This document shows, piece by piece, positions 9,020 through 18,735 of a DNA stretch of 64,000 nt. The notes beneath the pieces are model-generated. The model saw nothing but the letters and a program-made list of their open reading frames with translations. It did no database searches and was not told the DNA's origin. The stretch is from an uncultured Fimbriimonadales bacterium (GTDB taxonomy: Bacteria; Armatimonadota; Fimbriimonadia; Fimbriimonadales; GBS-DC), in NCBI GenBank assembly GCA_937992175.1, contig CALKLF010000005.1, forward strand, positions 695 to 64,694, read 5' to 3'. A program made the translations under genes and the position numbers. Within the stretch, counting starts at the first letter, position 1. Each line of letters starts with the position of its first letter.

Positions 9020-10642
9020 ATGTGGAACGACGAGCAGACCCGTGAGAACCTGTCAACCGAGTCGACCCTGACGACCGAGACGGCAACCGAGACCGTAGAG
9101 GAGACTGCCGTGATTGAAGCAAGTTCGGAAACGACCTCTGCGACAGAGCGCGTGCCTGAGCCGGTCAACGGGGAAGTGAGCAGCGCGCCCGAAGTCAGCG
9201 CAAGCGCGACGACGGCGTTCGAAAGCAGCGAGACTATTCAGGAGGCAGCTGGATCTCCCGCGCCGTCAGAGCCTGAAGCCACTGCGCCCGAACCGACGCC
9301 TGAGCCTGCGCCTGTGAGCGCGGCAACCCCGCCTGAGCCGACGCCTGTGAGCGCGGTATCGCAGACAGAAGCGCCCCGCGCCGCCGAAGAACCGCTCACG
9401 ATGGATAAAGCTATCGAGCAGAGTTTTCCGTCGTTTGAGCCAGGCGAGGTGATTCAGGCAACTGTGGTGCAGGTCGATCGCGACGCGATTATGGTCGATG
9501 TCGGCGCGAAGACCGAAGTGATGATCCCACGCAAGGAGCTCGCTATCGAGGAGGTCGCCTCGGCGGCGGATGTGGTTCAGGTGGGCGACACGATCGATGT
9601 TAAAGTAAAAGAGGTGCGTGGCGAAGCTGGCATGCCCGTGCTGTCCAAGCGCGCCGCTGACTTTGATAAACTCTGGGACTCCATCGTGACGGCGTACCAT
9701 AACAAAGAGACGCTGGAGGCGATGGTGGAGGACGCAGTGAAAGGCGGCGTGGTGGTGAATATCGGCGTGCGTTGCTTTGTGCCTGCCAGTCAGATTGCCC
9801 GACGCCTGCCGCCGAATCAGCTCGATCGGCTTGTGGGCGAAGTCATCCCCATCAAGATTATCGACATCGATGAGGACAAGCGCAAGGTCGTCGCCTCGAA
9901 CAAGTTGGCGGAAGAGGAGATTCGCAAGCAGCGCGAGGAAGAGGAGCGCCAGCGCCGTGAGCGCGTGTTCTCCACTCTGAAAGTCGGACAGCGGTTCCAA
10001 GGCGTGGTGAAGCGAATCACTTCCTACGGCGCGTTCGTGGACATCGGCGAATACGAGGGCTTGCTCCACATCAGCGAAATGTCGTGGGCGCGCGTGGACA
10101 ACCCGCGCGAGGTGCTTAAGGAAGGCGACGAAATTGAAGTCGTGGTGATTCGCCTGGAGCCAGAGAACGGCAAGGTCGCGCTCAGCCGCCGACAGGTGCT
10201 GCCCGATCCGTGGCAAATTGCCGCCCAGCAGTATAAGGTGGGCGACGAAATCGAGGTTCCCATCTCGCGTGTGGCGCGGACGGGCGCGTTTGCGCGGGTG
10301 ATGGAAGGCGTCGAGGCGTTCCTGCCCCTTTCGGAACTCTCCAGCAAGCGTGTGAAAAGCGCGGACGAGGTCGTGCAGGTGGGCGAAACTGTGAAAGGGC
10401 GCATCATCGAGCTGGATCCGCGCAAGCGTAGCATGAAGCTAAGCCTGCGCGCCCCCGAAGAGCAGCGCGCGGTGCAGGAGCATCGCCAGCGCGCCGCCAG
10501 CAAGAGCACGGGTATCACAATCGGCGAACGACTCTCGTCGCAACTACAGCAGTTGCGCAGCGAGGTGGATCAACCGCCTCAGAACGCGACTGAAAGCGAC
10601 GAACCCGCGACAGGAAACGAATCCGACGCCCCGAATGATTAA
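9020..10642 (+). CDS. rpsA: 30S ribosomal protein S1 (four S1 domains) with a ~130-aa acidic, Pro/Thr/Ser-rich N-terminal extension
   Basis: The internal ATG at 9020 of ORF 8801..10642 is preceded by GAAGGAGG. S1 motifs include GQRFQGVVKRITSYGAFVDIGEYEGLLHISEMSW and GDEIEVPISRVARTGAFARV. Confidence 0.85.
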   Translation: MWNDEQTRENLSTESTLTTETATETVEETAVIEASSETTSATERVPEPVNGEVSSAPEVSASATTAFESSETIQEAAGSPAPSEPEATAPEPTPEPAPVSAATPPEPTPVSAVSQTEAPRAAEEPLTMDKAIEQSFPSFEPGEVIQATVVQVDRDAIMVDVGAKTEVMIPRKELAIEEVASAADVVQVGDTIDVKVKEVRGEAGMPVLSKRAADFDKLWDSIVTAYHNKETLEAMVEDAVKGGVVVNIGVRCFVPASQIARRLPPNQLDRLVGEVIPIKIIDIDEDKRKVVASNKLAEEEIRKQREEEERQRRERVFSTLKVGQRFQGVVKRITSYGAFVDIGEYEGLLHISEMSWARVDNPREVLKEGDEIEVVVIRLEPENGKVALSRRQVLPDPWQIAAQQYKVGDEIEVPISRVARTGAFARVMEGVEAFLPLSELSSKRVKSADEVVQVGETVKGRIIELDPRKRSMKLSLRAPEEQRAVQEHRQRAASKSTGITIGERLSSQLQQLRSEVDQPPQNATESDEPATGNESDAPND

Positions 10643-11247
10643 TGCAACGGATTGCGGTCACGGGCGGCGTCGCCGAAGGCAAGACCACCATCTTGCAAAT
10701 CTTCGAGTCGCTGGGCGCAGTCACGCTTAGCAGCGACCGCATCGCGGCGACGCTCCTCCTTCCAGGGACGGACTTATGGAGAGAACTGATTCGGGAGTTT
10801 GGGCAGGCGATTATCGAGGCGGATGGCGCGCTGGCGCGCGAGCGGCTAGCGCAAATAGCGTTCGGCGACGCGCAGCTTCGCCGTCGCCTGAACCGCCTGA
10901 TGCACCCCGCGGTTGTTCGTGCGCTGGAGATGCAGCTCAACGCGCTGGAAACCGCCTCTGCATCTGCTGTTTTAATCGAGGTTCCGCTGCTCATCGAAAC
11001 AGGGTTGCAGGGCTGGTTCGACGGCGTGATTGTGGCGCAGGCGACCCCTGCGCTCCAGCGACGGCGACTTCTGGAACGAGGTGTTCCCCCAGAACGCGCA
11101 CGACAGATTATCCGGGCGCAACTCCCCACGCGCTGCAAGGTCGCCTTCGCCGACTGGGTAATCCGCACGCATCGCTCGCTGGAGCAGGTCGAGCGGCAGG
11201 CGCGTCGAATCTGGCAATCGCTGACCGAGTCGCGTGGGGTATACTGA
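10642..11247 (+). CDS. coaE: Dephospho-CoA kinase
   Basis: MQRIAVTGGVAEGKTTILQIF P-loop. 201 aa. TAATG overlap with the rpsA stop. Confidence 0.85.
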   Translation: MQRIAVTGGVAEGKTTILQIFESLGAVTLSSDRIAATLLLPGTDLWRELIREFGQAIIEADGALARERLAQIAFGDAQLRRRLNRLMHPAVVRALEMQLNALETASASAVLIEVPLLIETGLQGWFDGVIVAQATPALQRRRLLERGVPPERARQIIRAQLPTRCKVAFADWVIRTHRSLEQVERQARRIWQSLTESRGVY

Positions 11248-11299
11248 GCAACGCAACGGAATTCGGTCTCGTTCGTCAAAAACGGACAGGAGTTTCTGG

Positions 11300-14200
11300 A
11301 TGCTTATGGAATCGAGCAACGGAAGAGGAGGTTCGAACGCAGTGATACGACGATGGCAGCTGATACTGGCGGGGCTTTTGCTTAGTTTGGCGGGTCATGC
11401 GCAGGGCGGCGATGCGTCGCAGTCGCCCCTGCAGGATCGTCCCAGCCGTAATATCTTGCCGAACGCGCGGGTGCGGGAGATCCCGCCCCAGAACTACAGG
11501 GTTGCGCCGTCACGCGCACCCCAAGATACCTCGAATGTGCGCTGGCGCAAGAACGGGCTGTTTGACCCCAAACAGTTCCATCAGCAACTCCAGCAGCGTC
11601 AGCAGCGCACGCGCGCGGTTCGGTGGGACACCGACATCACCAACGCCGCGACGGATGAGATGCATCCTGTTTACAATCCGGGCGCGTCTAAAATGTATTT
11701 CGCCAGCAACGCGGCCGGCGTCGGCGCGGACGGACGGCTGATTAACCCCACCCCGCGCTATCGTATCTGGCGCGGTGATGTGGACGAAGGGTCGCAGCTC
11801 TATGTCGGCAACCTGACGAATTTGATCCCCATCACGGGCGATACCCCCGATGAGCAGTTCGGCAGCCAGATTCAGCCCTCCCTTAACACGGCGGCGAACA
11901 TCATCGTCTACGCGAACCGCAGCGCAGCCGGCAGCTACAACATCGTCGTGCGCAACCTCAGCACGGGACAGCGCGTCGTATTGACCTCCGACAACAACGG
12001 CGTCACGCAGAACCTCCGCCCCACGCTTAGCCCCGGCGGCAACCTGGTGATCTTCTCCTCGAACCGTTTGCTCTCTGGCGAGACGGAAGCCGACCGCCGC
12101 TATCGGCTCTATGTGGCGCGCGCCGACGGGCGCCCCTTCGAAGACGGAACCTTCTTCCGACGTGTCACCTTTCCCGCGCCAGGCGAAAATGATGTAGAAC
12201 CTGCCTGGTCGCCTGATGGGAATCGCGTCGCCTTCGCGCGGATCGCCGCCGACGGCAGCAGCTACATCTATATGCTCGATTTCAATACGCTGACGGTTGT
12301 GCAGTGGACGAATTTCGTGGACGCCAGCAACAACAAGCCGCGCGATCGTCAGCCTGCATGGACGCGCATCGGCAATACGCCAGTATTAATCTTTGCCTCT
12401 ACCCGAAAATCGGGAACTCCGCATCAGCTCGGGCAACCCTCAGATCGGGTCGATGTCACCGGCAATATCTACGATATTTATCGGATGAACGCCGAGTTGC
12501 CCGAGCCGCTGAGCGGTTCCGTGCTTTCTCTTACCGCAGATCCCAGTAGCGCGTCGCTGGCGCGCCCTGATGTGCCAGGCGTGAGTTTCTTCGTTCCCGC
12601 TGCGGGCGCGAAGTATCCCACGGGCGCCATCGCAGAGCGCAATCGTATCGCTTATCATTCCACCCGAACGCAGGGCGCAGAGTCGCCCGGTCCAGGCATT
12701 CACGACCTGTGGGAGACCCGCGCCTTTGACCAGACCCCGCCTGTGATGGAAATCCTGCCCATCGTCAGCCCGAAAGAGTCGTTCCCAGGCGATACAGTGA
12801 CGATTAAGGTGCGCGCCGTCGACCTCCAGAGCGGCGTGAACTTTGTGCGGGTGCAGTTCAAAGACCCCGACAGCGCGGAACAGGACGCCGAAGGGTTGGA
12901 ACATCGCCTCTATCAACTGTTCCAGTTCGATATCTTCTTCACGAACCGAATCTTGGTGGATCAGGGGCAGGCATATGTACCGCTCTTCGTGGAGGTAGGA
13001 CATCAGGCGATTCATCCGGAGACCTATGAGTATAAGGAGCCGTACAGTCTGGCGCGACTGGGCTTCGACGGCAGTCTGGACGACACCCTGCTGCTGCAGC
13101 CCGAGCTGGACGACAATGGCAATCCTACCGACTGGTATGTCGGCACTTGGCGCACGCCCGATGTTCCAAGCGACTTCTACCTCGATGTGATTGTGCGCGA
13201 TAACGCGGGCAACGAGTTTATCTACGATAATGTCTCTGGCTTCACTACCCAGCAGTTCACAGGGGCGCATAACATCTTGCTCGTGTCGGACTACATGGGC
13301 GGTCAGATTTTCGTGCAGAACCGCGTGGCGGCGATTGGCAACTCCATCACCCGCCCGACTTGGCAGCCTGTGGAGAGCTACTGGACAGATAACCCGACGG
13401 GTAAGCCGCCGTTCGATATCACCCAACCTCCAAGCGGCAGCGGGCTGATTATTCACGGCGACGGTGCAATTCCGCATCCGAACCTGCCGCCTGGCTTCTT
13501 TATTCGCTCCGATACTTTGGGCGAGAACACGACCTATGGCAATCGCTATAATATTTGGCGCGTGCAGTGCCGCAACCCGATTACTCCATCCGTGCTGGCG
13601 GGCTACCTGCCGCGCACGGAACGCGAGCCGACCGACCTGACGGGCGGTTTCCGCGAGAAACTCCATGCAACTCGTATCGTGGTCTGGGGCAGCCCCTACA
13701 GCGGAAATGTGTGGGCGGGTCCGGGGCATGTTCTGGACCCGGAAGTGCAGGCGCTTATCCGCAGCTTCCTGCAAAGCAGCGGACGCATGGTGTTCAGCGG
13801 GCAGGATATTGCCTGGGCACTGACCCTGCGCGGCGCAGTGGCGAACCAGTTCATGATCGACATCCTGCGCGTCGCATTTGACAGCGACTCGGCAGATGAT
13901 GTGTTTTTGACCCCCTATGACGGTCTGCGACATCAACTGGAAGGCGTTGCGCCCCCGAGCGGCGAGGATCCGAACCCCATTGCCAGCAATCCTGGAGGAA
14001 TTGGCATCTGGATTCGATTTGAAGGCAACACGGTCCGTGTTGATTCGCCTGCGGAGTTGCGATTGTCGCATCCCGCCGCCTACTTAGTGCTTCCTAACGC
14101 GGATCTGTTCGATGTGATTACCCCGATAACTGGAGGAACAGGACCTCTATATACCGATGCCGCGTGGAACCAGGTCTGGCTGGACACCGTGAATGTGAAC

Positions 14201-16849
14201 GAGAATGCGCGCCCCGTCTATCGCTACACGCGCCCGCGCAGCCCGGAGGTTGGCGGAACGCTTATAGGTACTTCCGATAGGGCAGGCTCGTATTACGCCG
14301 ACGCCGCGACCCACTCGAAAGTGGCGTTCCTCTCTTTCGGCTTGGAAGGTGTTAACTCAACTTACAATGACGGTCCGACAATCGGTGGACAGGGAACCCT
14401 CTGGTGCCGTTCCTACCGCAATAAGATACTGCATAACGCTTTCGGCTGGATGACGCACAGTGTGCTGGAGGGGCAGGTACGCCAGTACGACCCCGATACG
14501 CGCACTTTCACCCCGCTGCCGCGTGTGCTGGTGCGCGTGATTGGCATCGCGCCGATCAGCATCGCTGGAGTGAACGCGGGCTACGCCATCACCGACTCCA
14601 ACGGACTGTACCGCATCGTCGGACTGGAAGCGGGCGTCTATCTGGTCGATGCAGAACGCCCCGGCTTCAAGACCCAGCACCCTGAGACGATTACGCTCGT
14701 GGCGGATGCCGACCCGAATCCGGGCGTTATCAACCTGATTATGCTCGCCACGCCGCCCGGGCAGATTAGCGGGCGCGTCATCGATATCAATAATCAGCCC
14801 GTGCGTGGCGCCGTCATCCGTGCGACCAATACCGTGGATCCTGAACTGACCGTCGAGGTGTTCAGCGACCCCGACGGAACCTTCTTGATGCCGCGCGTGC
14901 CAGTCGGAAGCTGGGATGTAACGGTCGTCAGCCTCGCGTTCGGCGGCTACGCCCTGCCACCCATCCAGCCCACGCCCGACGGCGTCTACCGCAATGTGCA
15001 GGTACAGGCTGGAGAGACCACGAATGTTGGCGACTTCGTGCTAGAGCCTGAGCCGGGCACCGTAACGGGGACCGTGACAGATGTGAACACAGGGCAGCCA
15101 ATCGCCAACGCGCGTGTCACGGCGGTTGCAGGCACAAACACCCGCGCCGATGTGACCACCGACGCGAACGGACAATACACCTTCACTGTGCCCGCGGGCG
15201 AGTATGTGGTTACCGCCGTTGCACCCGGCTACGCGCCTGAGAGCCAGACGCTGAATGTGCCTGCGAACCAGACCACCACACTCAACTTCCAGCTGGCGCT
15301 GCTGCCGCCCGGCTCCGCTTCGGGCAAGATTACCCGACGCTTCGGCGGCGCACCTGAACCCGATGTGACGGTTGAATTGCGCTTCGGCACGGTGGTGGTT
15401 CAAACAGCGACAACCGACGCCAACGGCAACTACAGCTTCCCCAATGTGCCCCCCGGCGAGTATGTGGTTGTGCCCACCAAGACGGGGTTCACCTTTATCC
15501 CCAATCAGCGCACGATTACGGTGAATCCGAACCAGAACACCGTTATCGGCGAGTTCAAGTCGGAGCCGCTGCGCACCTTCTTCAAGGGACGCTTCCTGGT
15601 TTCCGCGCCGTATGACTACACGCAGGATGTGAAAGATCTGCTCGATGTGCCCGCGAGCGCGACCTTCCGCTTCTTCAGCTGGAATCCCGCGCAGTCGCGT
15701 TATGTGTTCTATCCGAACGCGCCGGCGAACCGCTTCGAGCTCGGACGCGGCTATTTCATCGAGACTTCGGTGGATCTACCCCTGACCACGCAGGGGACGC
15801 CTGCCAACACAAGTCAGCCGTTCCAGAGTCCGCTGCAGGCGGGCTGGACCATGATTGGCAATCCGTTCACTTTCGATGTGGACTGGAGCGCGGTGCAGGT
15901 GATTGACCCCGACACGAACTTGCCCGTCTCGCTGTCGACAGCGGTTGGCAAGGGCATCGTGGCGAACGCGCTGTGGGGCTACTCGTTCGGCGCGTACACG
16001 GCGACCACACGCATGAAAATCTGGGAAGGCTACTGGGTGTACGCCTACCGCAATACGACGCTGATTATCCCGCCGACGGCGCAAGCAGCGAGTGCGCCGA
16101 GCCGCAGCGCGAGCGCGAACGCAGGCGGCTGGCGGCTGACGCTAGAAGCGGAGTCGGGCGACCTGCGCGACCGCGCCTATGTGGGCGTCTCGCGCGCGGC
16201 GACGCCGGGCTATGACCGCGAGCATGACCTGCTCAAACCGCCCCCTGTCGGCTCGGACTATGTGCATATCAGCCTGCCGCGCCTCACCTGGGGCGAGCAG
16301 AGCGGCGTCTATGGCGTGGACATCCAGCCTGCAATCCGCAGCGCGAACTGGGAGTTCATCGTGGAGACCAGTCAGCCGAATCGGGAGGTCACCCTGCGCT
16401 GGCCCGACGCACAGCAACTGCCGCGCTCGGCGAACCTCGTGCTGATCAATCTCGACACAGGCGAGCGGCGCTACCTGCGCACCACAGGCGCGTACACCTT
16501 CCGCACGGGCGTAAGCGGCGTGAGCCGATTCCGCATCGAAATGACCTCCAGCGGCGGATTGCTGCGTATCCAGCAGGTGCAGGTGAACACTGGACGCGGC
16601 AATCAGCACACCATCGCGTTCCAGCTGACAGGAGATGCGACGGTGCAGGTGAATATTCTCTCCGGCGGCAGGGTGGTGCGCCAGCTGCTCCATCAGGCGA
16701 CGCGCAGCGGCGTGCAACAAGCCACCTGGGACGGGCGCGACCAGAGCGGCGTCGCGTTGCCGCCCGGCGCATACACGATTGAAATTCGAGCCGTGAGCGA
16801 GGATGGTCAGGTCGCGCGTGCGACCGCGCCGCTCATCCTCACGCGCTGA
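11300..16849 (+). CDS. Giant secreted multidomain protein: signal peptide, TolB-like PD40 beta-propeller, unassigned ~650-aa centre, 4x CarboxypepD_reg-like domains, shared C-terminal module ending in a FlgD-Ig-like domain
   Basis: The internal ATG at 11300 follows GGAG. Signal peptide WQLILAGLLLSLAGHAQG. PD40 blades EPAWSPDGNRVAFAR and RPTLSPGGNLVIFSSNR. CarboxypepD_reg repeats, e.g. VTGTVTDVNTGQPIANARVTA...DANGQYTFTVPAGEYVV. C-terminus ATWDGRDQSGVALPPGAYTIEIRA...APLILTR*. Confidence 0.85.
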   Translation: MLMESSNGRGGSNAVIRRWQLILAGLLLSLAGHAQGGDASQSPLQDRPSRNILPNARVREIPPQNYRVAPSRAPQDTSNVRWRKNGLFDPKQFHQQLQQRQQRTRAVRWDTDITNAATDEMHPVYNPGASKMYFASNAAGVGADGRLINPTPRYRIWRGDVDEGSQLYVGNLTNLIPITGDTPDEQFGSQIQPSLNTAANIIVYANRSAAGSYNIVVRNLSTGQRVVLTSDNNGVTQNLRPTLSPGGNLVIFSSNRLLSGETEADRRYRLYVARADGRPFEDGTFFRRVTFPAPGENDVEPAWSPDGNRVAFARIAADGSSYIYMLDFNTLTVVQWTNFVDASNNKPRDRQPAWTRIGNTPVLIFASTRKSGTPHQLGQPSDRVDVTGNIYDIYRMNAELPEPLSGSVLSLTADPSSASLARPDVPGVSFFVPAAGAKYPTGAIAERNRIAYHSTRTQGAESPGPGIHDLWETRAFDQTPPVMEILPIVSPKESFPGDTVTIKVRAVDLQSGVNFVRVQFKDPDSAEQDAEGLEHRLYQLFQFDIFFTNRILVDQGQAYVPLFVEVGHQAIHPETYEYKEPYSLARLGFDGSLDDTLLLQPELDDNGNPTDWYVGTWRTPDVPSDFYLDVIVRDNAGNEFIYDNVSGFTTQQFTGAHNILLVSDYMGGQIFVQNRVAAIGNSITRPTWQPVESYWTDNPTGKPPFDITQPPSGSGLIIHGDGAIPHPNLPPGFFIRSDTLGENTTYGNRYNIWRVQCRNPITPSVLAGYLPRTEREPTDLTGGFREKLHATRIVVWGSPYSGNVWAGPGHVLDPEVQALIRSFLQSSGRMVFSGQDIAWALTLRGAVANQFMIDILRVAFDSDSADDVFLTPYDGLRHQLEGVAPPSGEDPNPIASNPGGIGIWIRFEGNTVRVDSPAELRLSHPAAYLVLPNADLFDVITPITGGTGPLYTDAAWNQVWLDTVNVNENARPVYRYTRPRSPEVGGTLIGTSDRAGSYYADAATHSKVAFLSFGLEGVNSTYNDGPTIGGQGTLWCRSYRNKILHNAFGWMTHSVLEGQVRQYDPDTRTFTPLPRVLVRVIGIAPISIAGVNAGYAITDSNGLYRIVGLEAGVYLVDAERPGFKTQHPETITLVADADPNPGVINLIMLATPPGQISGRVIDINNQPVRGAVIRATNTVDPELTVEVFSDPDGTFLMPRVPVGSWDVTVVSLAFGGYALPPIQPTPDGVYRNVQVQAGETTNVGDFVLEPEPGTVTGTVTDVNTGQPIANARVTAVAGTNTRADVTTDANGQYTFTVPAGEYVVTAVAPGYAPESQTLNVPANQTTTLNFQLALLPPGSASGKITRRFGGAPEPDVTVELRFGTVVVQTATTDANGNYSFPNVPPGEYVVVPTKTGFTFIPNQRTITVNPNQNTVIGEFKSEPLRTFFKGRFLVSAPYDYTQDVKDLLDVPASATFRFFSWNPAQSRYVFYPNAPANRFELGRGYFIETSVDLPLTTQGTPANTSQPFQSPLQAGWTMIGNPFTFDVDWSAVQVIDPDTNLPVSLSTAVGKGIVANALWGYSFGAYTATTRMKIWEGYWVYAYRNTTLIIPPTAQAASAPSRSASANAGGWRLTLEAESGDLRDRAYVGVSRAATPGYDREHDLLKPPPVGSDYVHISLPRLTWGEQSGVYGVDIQPAIRSANWEFIVETSQPNREVTLRWPDAQQLPRSANLVLINLDTGERRYLRTTGAYTFRTGVSGVSRFRIEMTSSGGLLRIQQVQVNTGRGNQHTIAFQLTGDATVQVNILSGGRVVRQLLHQATRSGVQQATWDGRDQSGVALPPGAYTIEIRAVSEDGQVARATAPLILTR

Positions 16850-16879
16850 GACGCAGACTATGAAGGAGGAGCAATCAGG

Positions 16880-18658
16880 GTGAAAACACGGATGAGACGA
16901 ACTTGGGCGACGCGCACAGCGTATCTTGGTGTGATGAGTATGCTCGCGGTGGGGCTGCTCTTCCCGTCGGGCGCTGCGCGCGCCTACGCGCAGCTGGTGC
17001 AACTGCCGCGTATCGCGGTATTGGACTTCGAGAACAAGAGCGGGTACGGCGGCGCAAGCATCGCCCGCGCTGCAACCGACGCCGTCGCGGGCGAATACCA
17101 AAAAACAGGCAAGTATGAGGTGCTGGCGCGGGGCGAGGTGGAGCAACAGCTGAAAGATCTCGACCTCGCACCCCCACTCACAAAAACAGGTTTCCTTCGC
17201 CTCGGACGCGCACTGCAAGCCGAATCGATTATCACGGGCGAAGTGAGCGCCGTGACCTTTGTGGGCAGCCCGAAACAAGCACAGGTGGTGCTCACGGTGC
17301 GGGTCATCGATATCGCGTCGGGTGAACCCATCAACGGCGCAGTCGCCACAGGCTACAGTAATCGCCGCCCCGGCTACACAGGCGACGACGACACGCTCGT
17401 GCAGGAAGCCATCCGCAACGCCGCGTTCGAAGCCGTGCGCACCATCCAGAACTACACCATCCCCGAAGCGACCATCCTGACCACGCGCGCAGGCAAAGAG
17501 GTGCTGCTTAATCGCGGCATTCGCGGCGGATTGCAACCTGGCATGGAGATGATTGTCGTGCGCCGCGGCGAGGAAGTGGGGCGCATTCGCGTCACCCAAG
17601 TCTCCGATAGCGACGCGGTGGGCGAGATTATCGACTTCGGGCGCGGTATCCAGAGCGAAGACCGCGCGCGCGCAATCTATCGAGTGCCCACGGTGCAGGT
17701 GCGGGCAGGCAAAGTCAGAACGGAGCCATCGCGGCGCCCTGGTGAAGGGAACAAGCTCCTGCGCGCTCTGGGACCCGTCCTGATTATCGGGTTAATCGCT
17801 TTTGGCGTGGCGCGCGCCTCGTCGGGCGGCAACACGCCGGTGCAAACCGTGCTGGCGGAAGCAGGTGCGGACGGCAACTTCGAACCCTATGTGCGCATCT
17901 CGTGGAAAACCACTCTGTTCGCAAAAAGCGCACCCGACACGATTCAGTGGCAGATCTATCGCTCGGACTTTATTGGCACGGACGGCAACGGCAACCTGCT
18001 GCCTGTCGGCGTGACTCCAGGCAACCAAAATTTCTTCATCGATACCACAGTGCCGCGCACCTTCAGCTACGCCAGCCTGCTGCGTGAAGGCAGTGAGGAC
18101 TTGGAACTTGAAGAGCTGGAAGGTGCGCCTGGCGTTGCACCCGGACGCTCCTACACTTATCAAATCGCGTTGGTGTATCGCGAACGCATCGAGGCGGAAG
18201 GTGAAACGCTCATTCTGTTCAAGCTCTCCGACCGCGTGCGTTCGGGGCAGGTGACCGTGCTGCAGCCTGTGCAGTTGCTGACACCCGTCCAGCGCAGCGA
18301 AGATGTAGACCCCAAAGATGTGCGCTTCAGCTGGCTGGCAGCGGAAGGCGCGAACGCCTATCGCGTGGAGGTCTCGACCGATCCGACCTTCCGCGACCGA
18401 AGCCGTACCTTTGTTTCGAACGAGATTCTGTCAACCGCCGTAGGCGGCTCTCCAGTGTCTACAGACCGTATCAATCTGGAAACTGCCCTGCTCAATCGGC
18501 TGGGGCTGTTGGGGCAGCGCGTGACGCTCTACTGGCGCGTGGGTGCGCGCAACTTGGGTGATAACCCCGGACCAATCCCAGACCCCCAGAGCAAGCTGCG
18601 CTATGTGTGGAGCCGACCGTTCGAGTTCACCACGCAGGAGCTGCCGCCTGCTCCGTAG
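16880..18658 (+). CDS. Envelope protein: signal peptide, CsgG/LpoB-like alpha/beta domain, small beta domain, hydrophobic helix, two FN3/Ig-like domains
   Basis: GTG start 10 nt after GAAGGAGG. PRIAVLDFENKSGYGG...AGEYQKTGKYEVLARGEVEQQLKDLDL...AESIITGEVSAV fits the CsgG-family pattern. Hydrophobic helix LLRALGPVLIIGLIAFGVARA. Confidence 0.6.
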   Translation: MKTRMRRTWATRTAYLGVMSMLAVGLLFPSGAARAYAQLVQLPRIAVLDFENKSGYGGASIARAATDAVAGEYQKTGKYEVLARGEVEQQLKDLDLAPPLTKTGFLRLGRALQAESIITGEVSAVTFVGSPKQAQVVLTVRVIDIASGEPINGAVATGYSNRRPGYTGDDDTLVQEAIRNAAFEAVRTIQNYTIPEATILTTRAGKEVLLNRGIRGGLQPGMEMIVVRRGEEVGRIRVTQVSDSDAVGEIIDFGRGIQSEDRARAIYRVPTVQVRAGKVRTEPSRRPGEGNKLLRALGPVLIIGLIAFGVARASSGGNTPVQTVLAEAGADGNFEPYVRISWKTTLFAKSAPDTIQWQIYRSDFIGTDGNGNLLPVGVTPGNQNFFIDTTVPRTFSYASLLREGSEDLELEELEGAPGVAPGRSYTYQIALVYRERIEAEGETLILFKLSDRVRSGQVTVLQPVQLLTPVQRSEDVDPKDVRFSWLAAEGANAYRVEVSTDPTFRDRSRTFVSNEILSTAVGGSPVSTDRINLETALLNRLGLLGQRVTLYWRVGARNLGDNPGPIPDPQSKLRYVWSRPFEFTTQELPPAP

Positions 18659-18667
18659 GCTTACGCG

Positions 18668-18690
18668 GGGCGCAGGGGAAACCTGCGCCC
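18668..18690 (+). terminator. Stem-loop just after the stop of the 16880 gene (weak terminator or processing site)
   Basis: gggcgcagg-ggaaa-cctgcgccc. It is followed at a distance by tctttt. Confidence 0.35.
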
Positions 18691-18735
18691 TGTTCAAGCG
18701 TCTTTTCAACAGGCAATTATCGGGAGGAGATACCG

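Noticed and set aside
12440-14071. 543-aa minus-strand ORF antisense to the giant protein gene. Similar long ORFs: 16142..17599 (485 aa), 6940..8022 (360 aa), 25059..26252 (397 aa), 9266..10216 (316 aa).
   Set aside because: Their translations are Arg/Ala/His-rich low-complexity strings with no recognisable motifs. They lie antisense to, or out of frame with, genes that have clear domain signatures. This is the typical high-GC artefact of stop-poor shadow frames.
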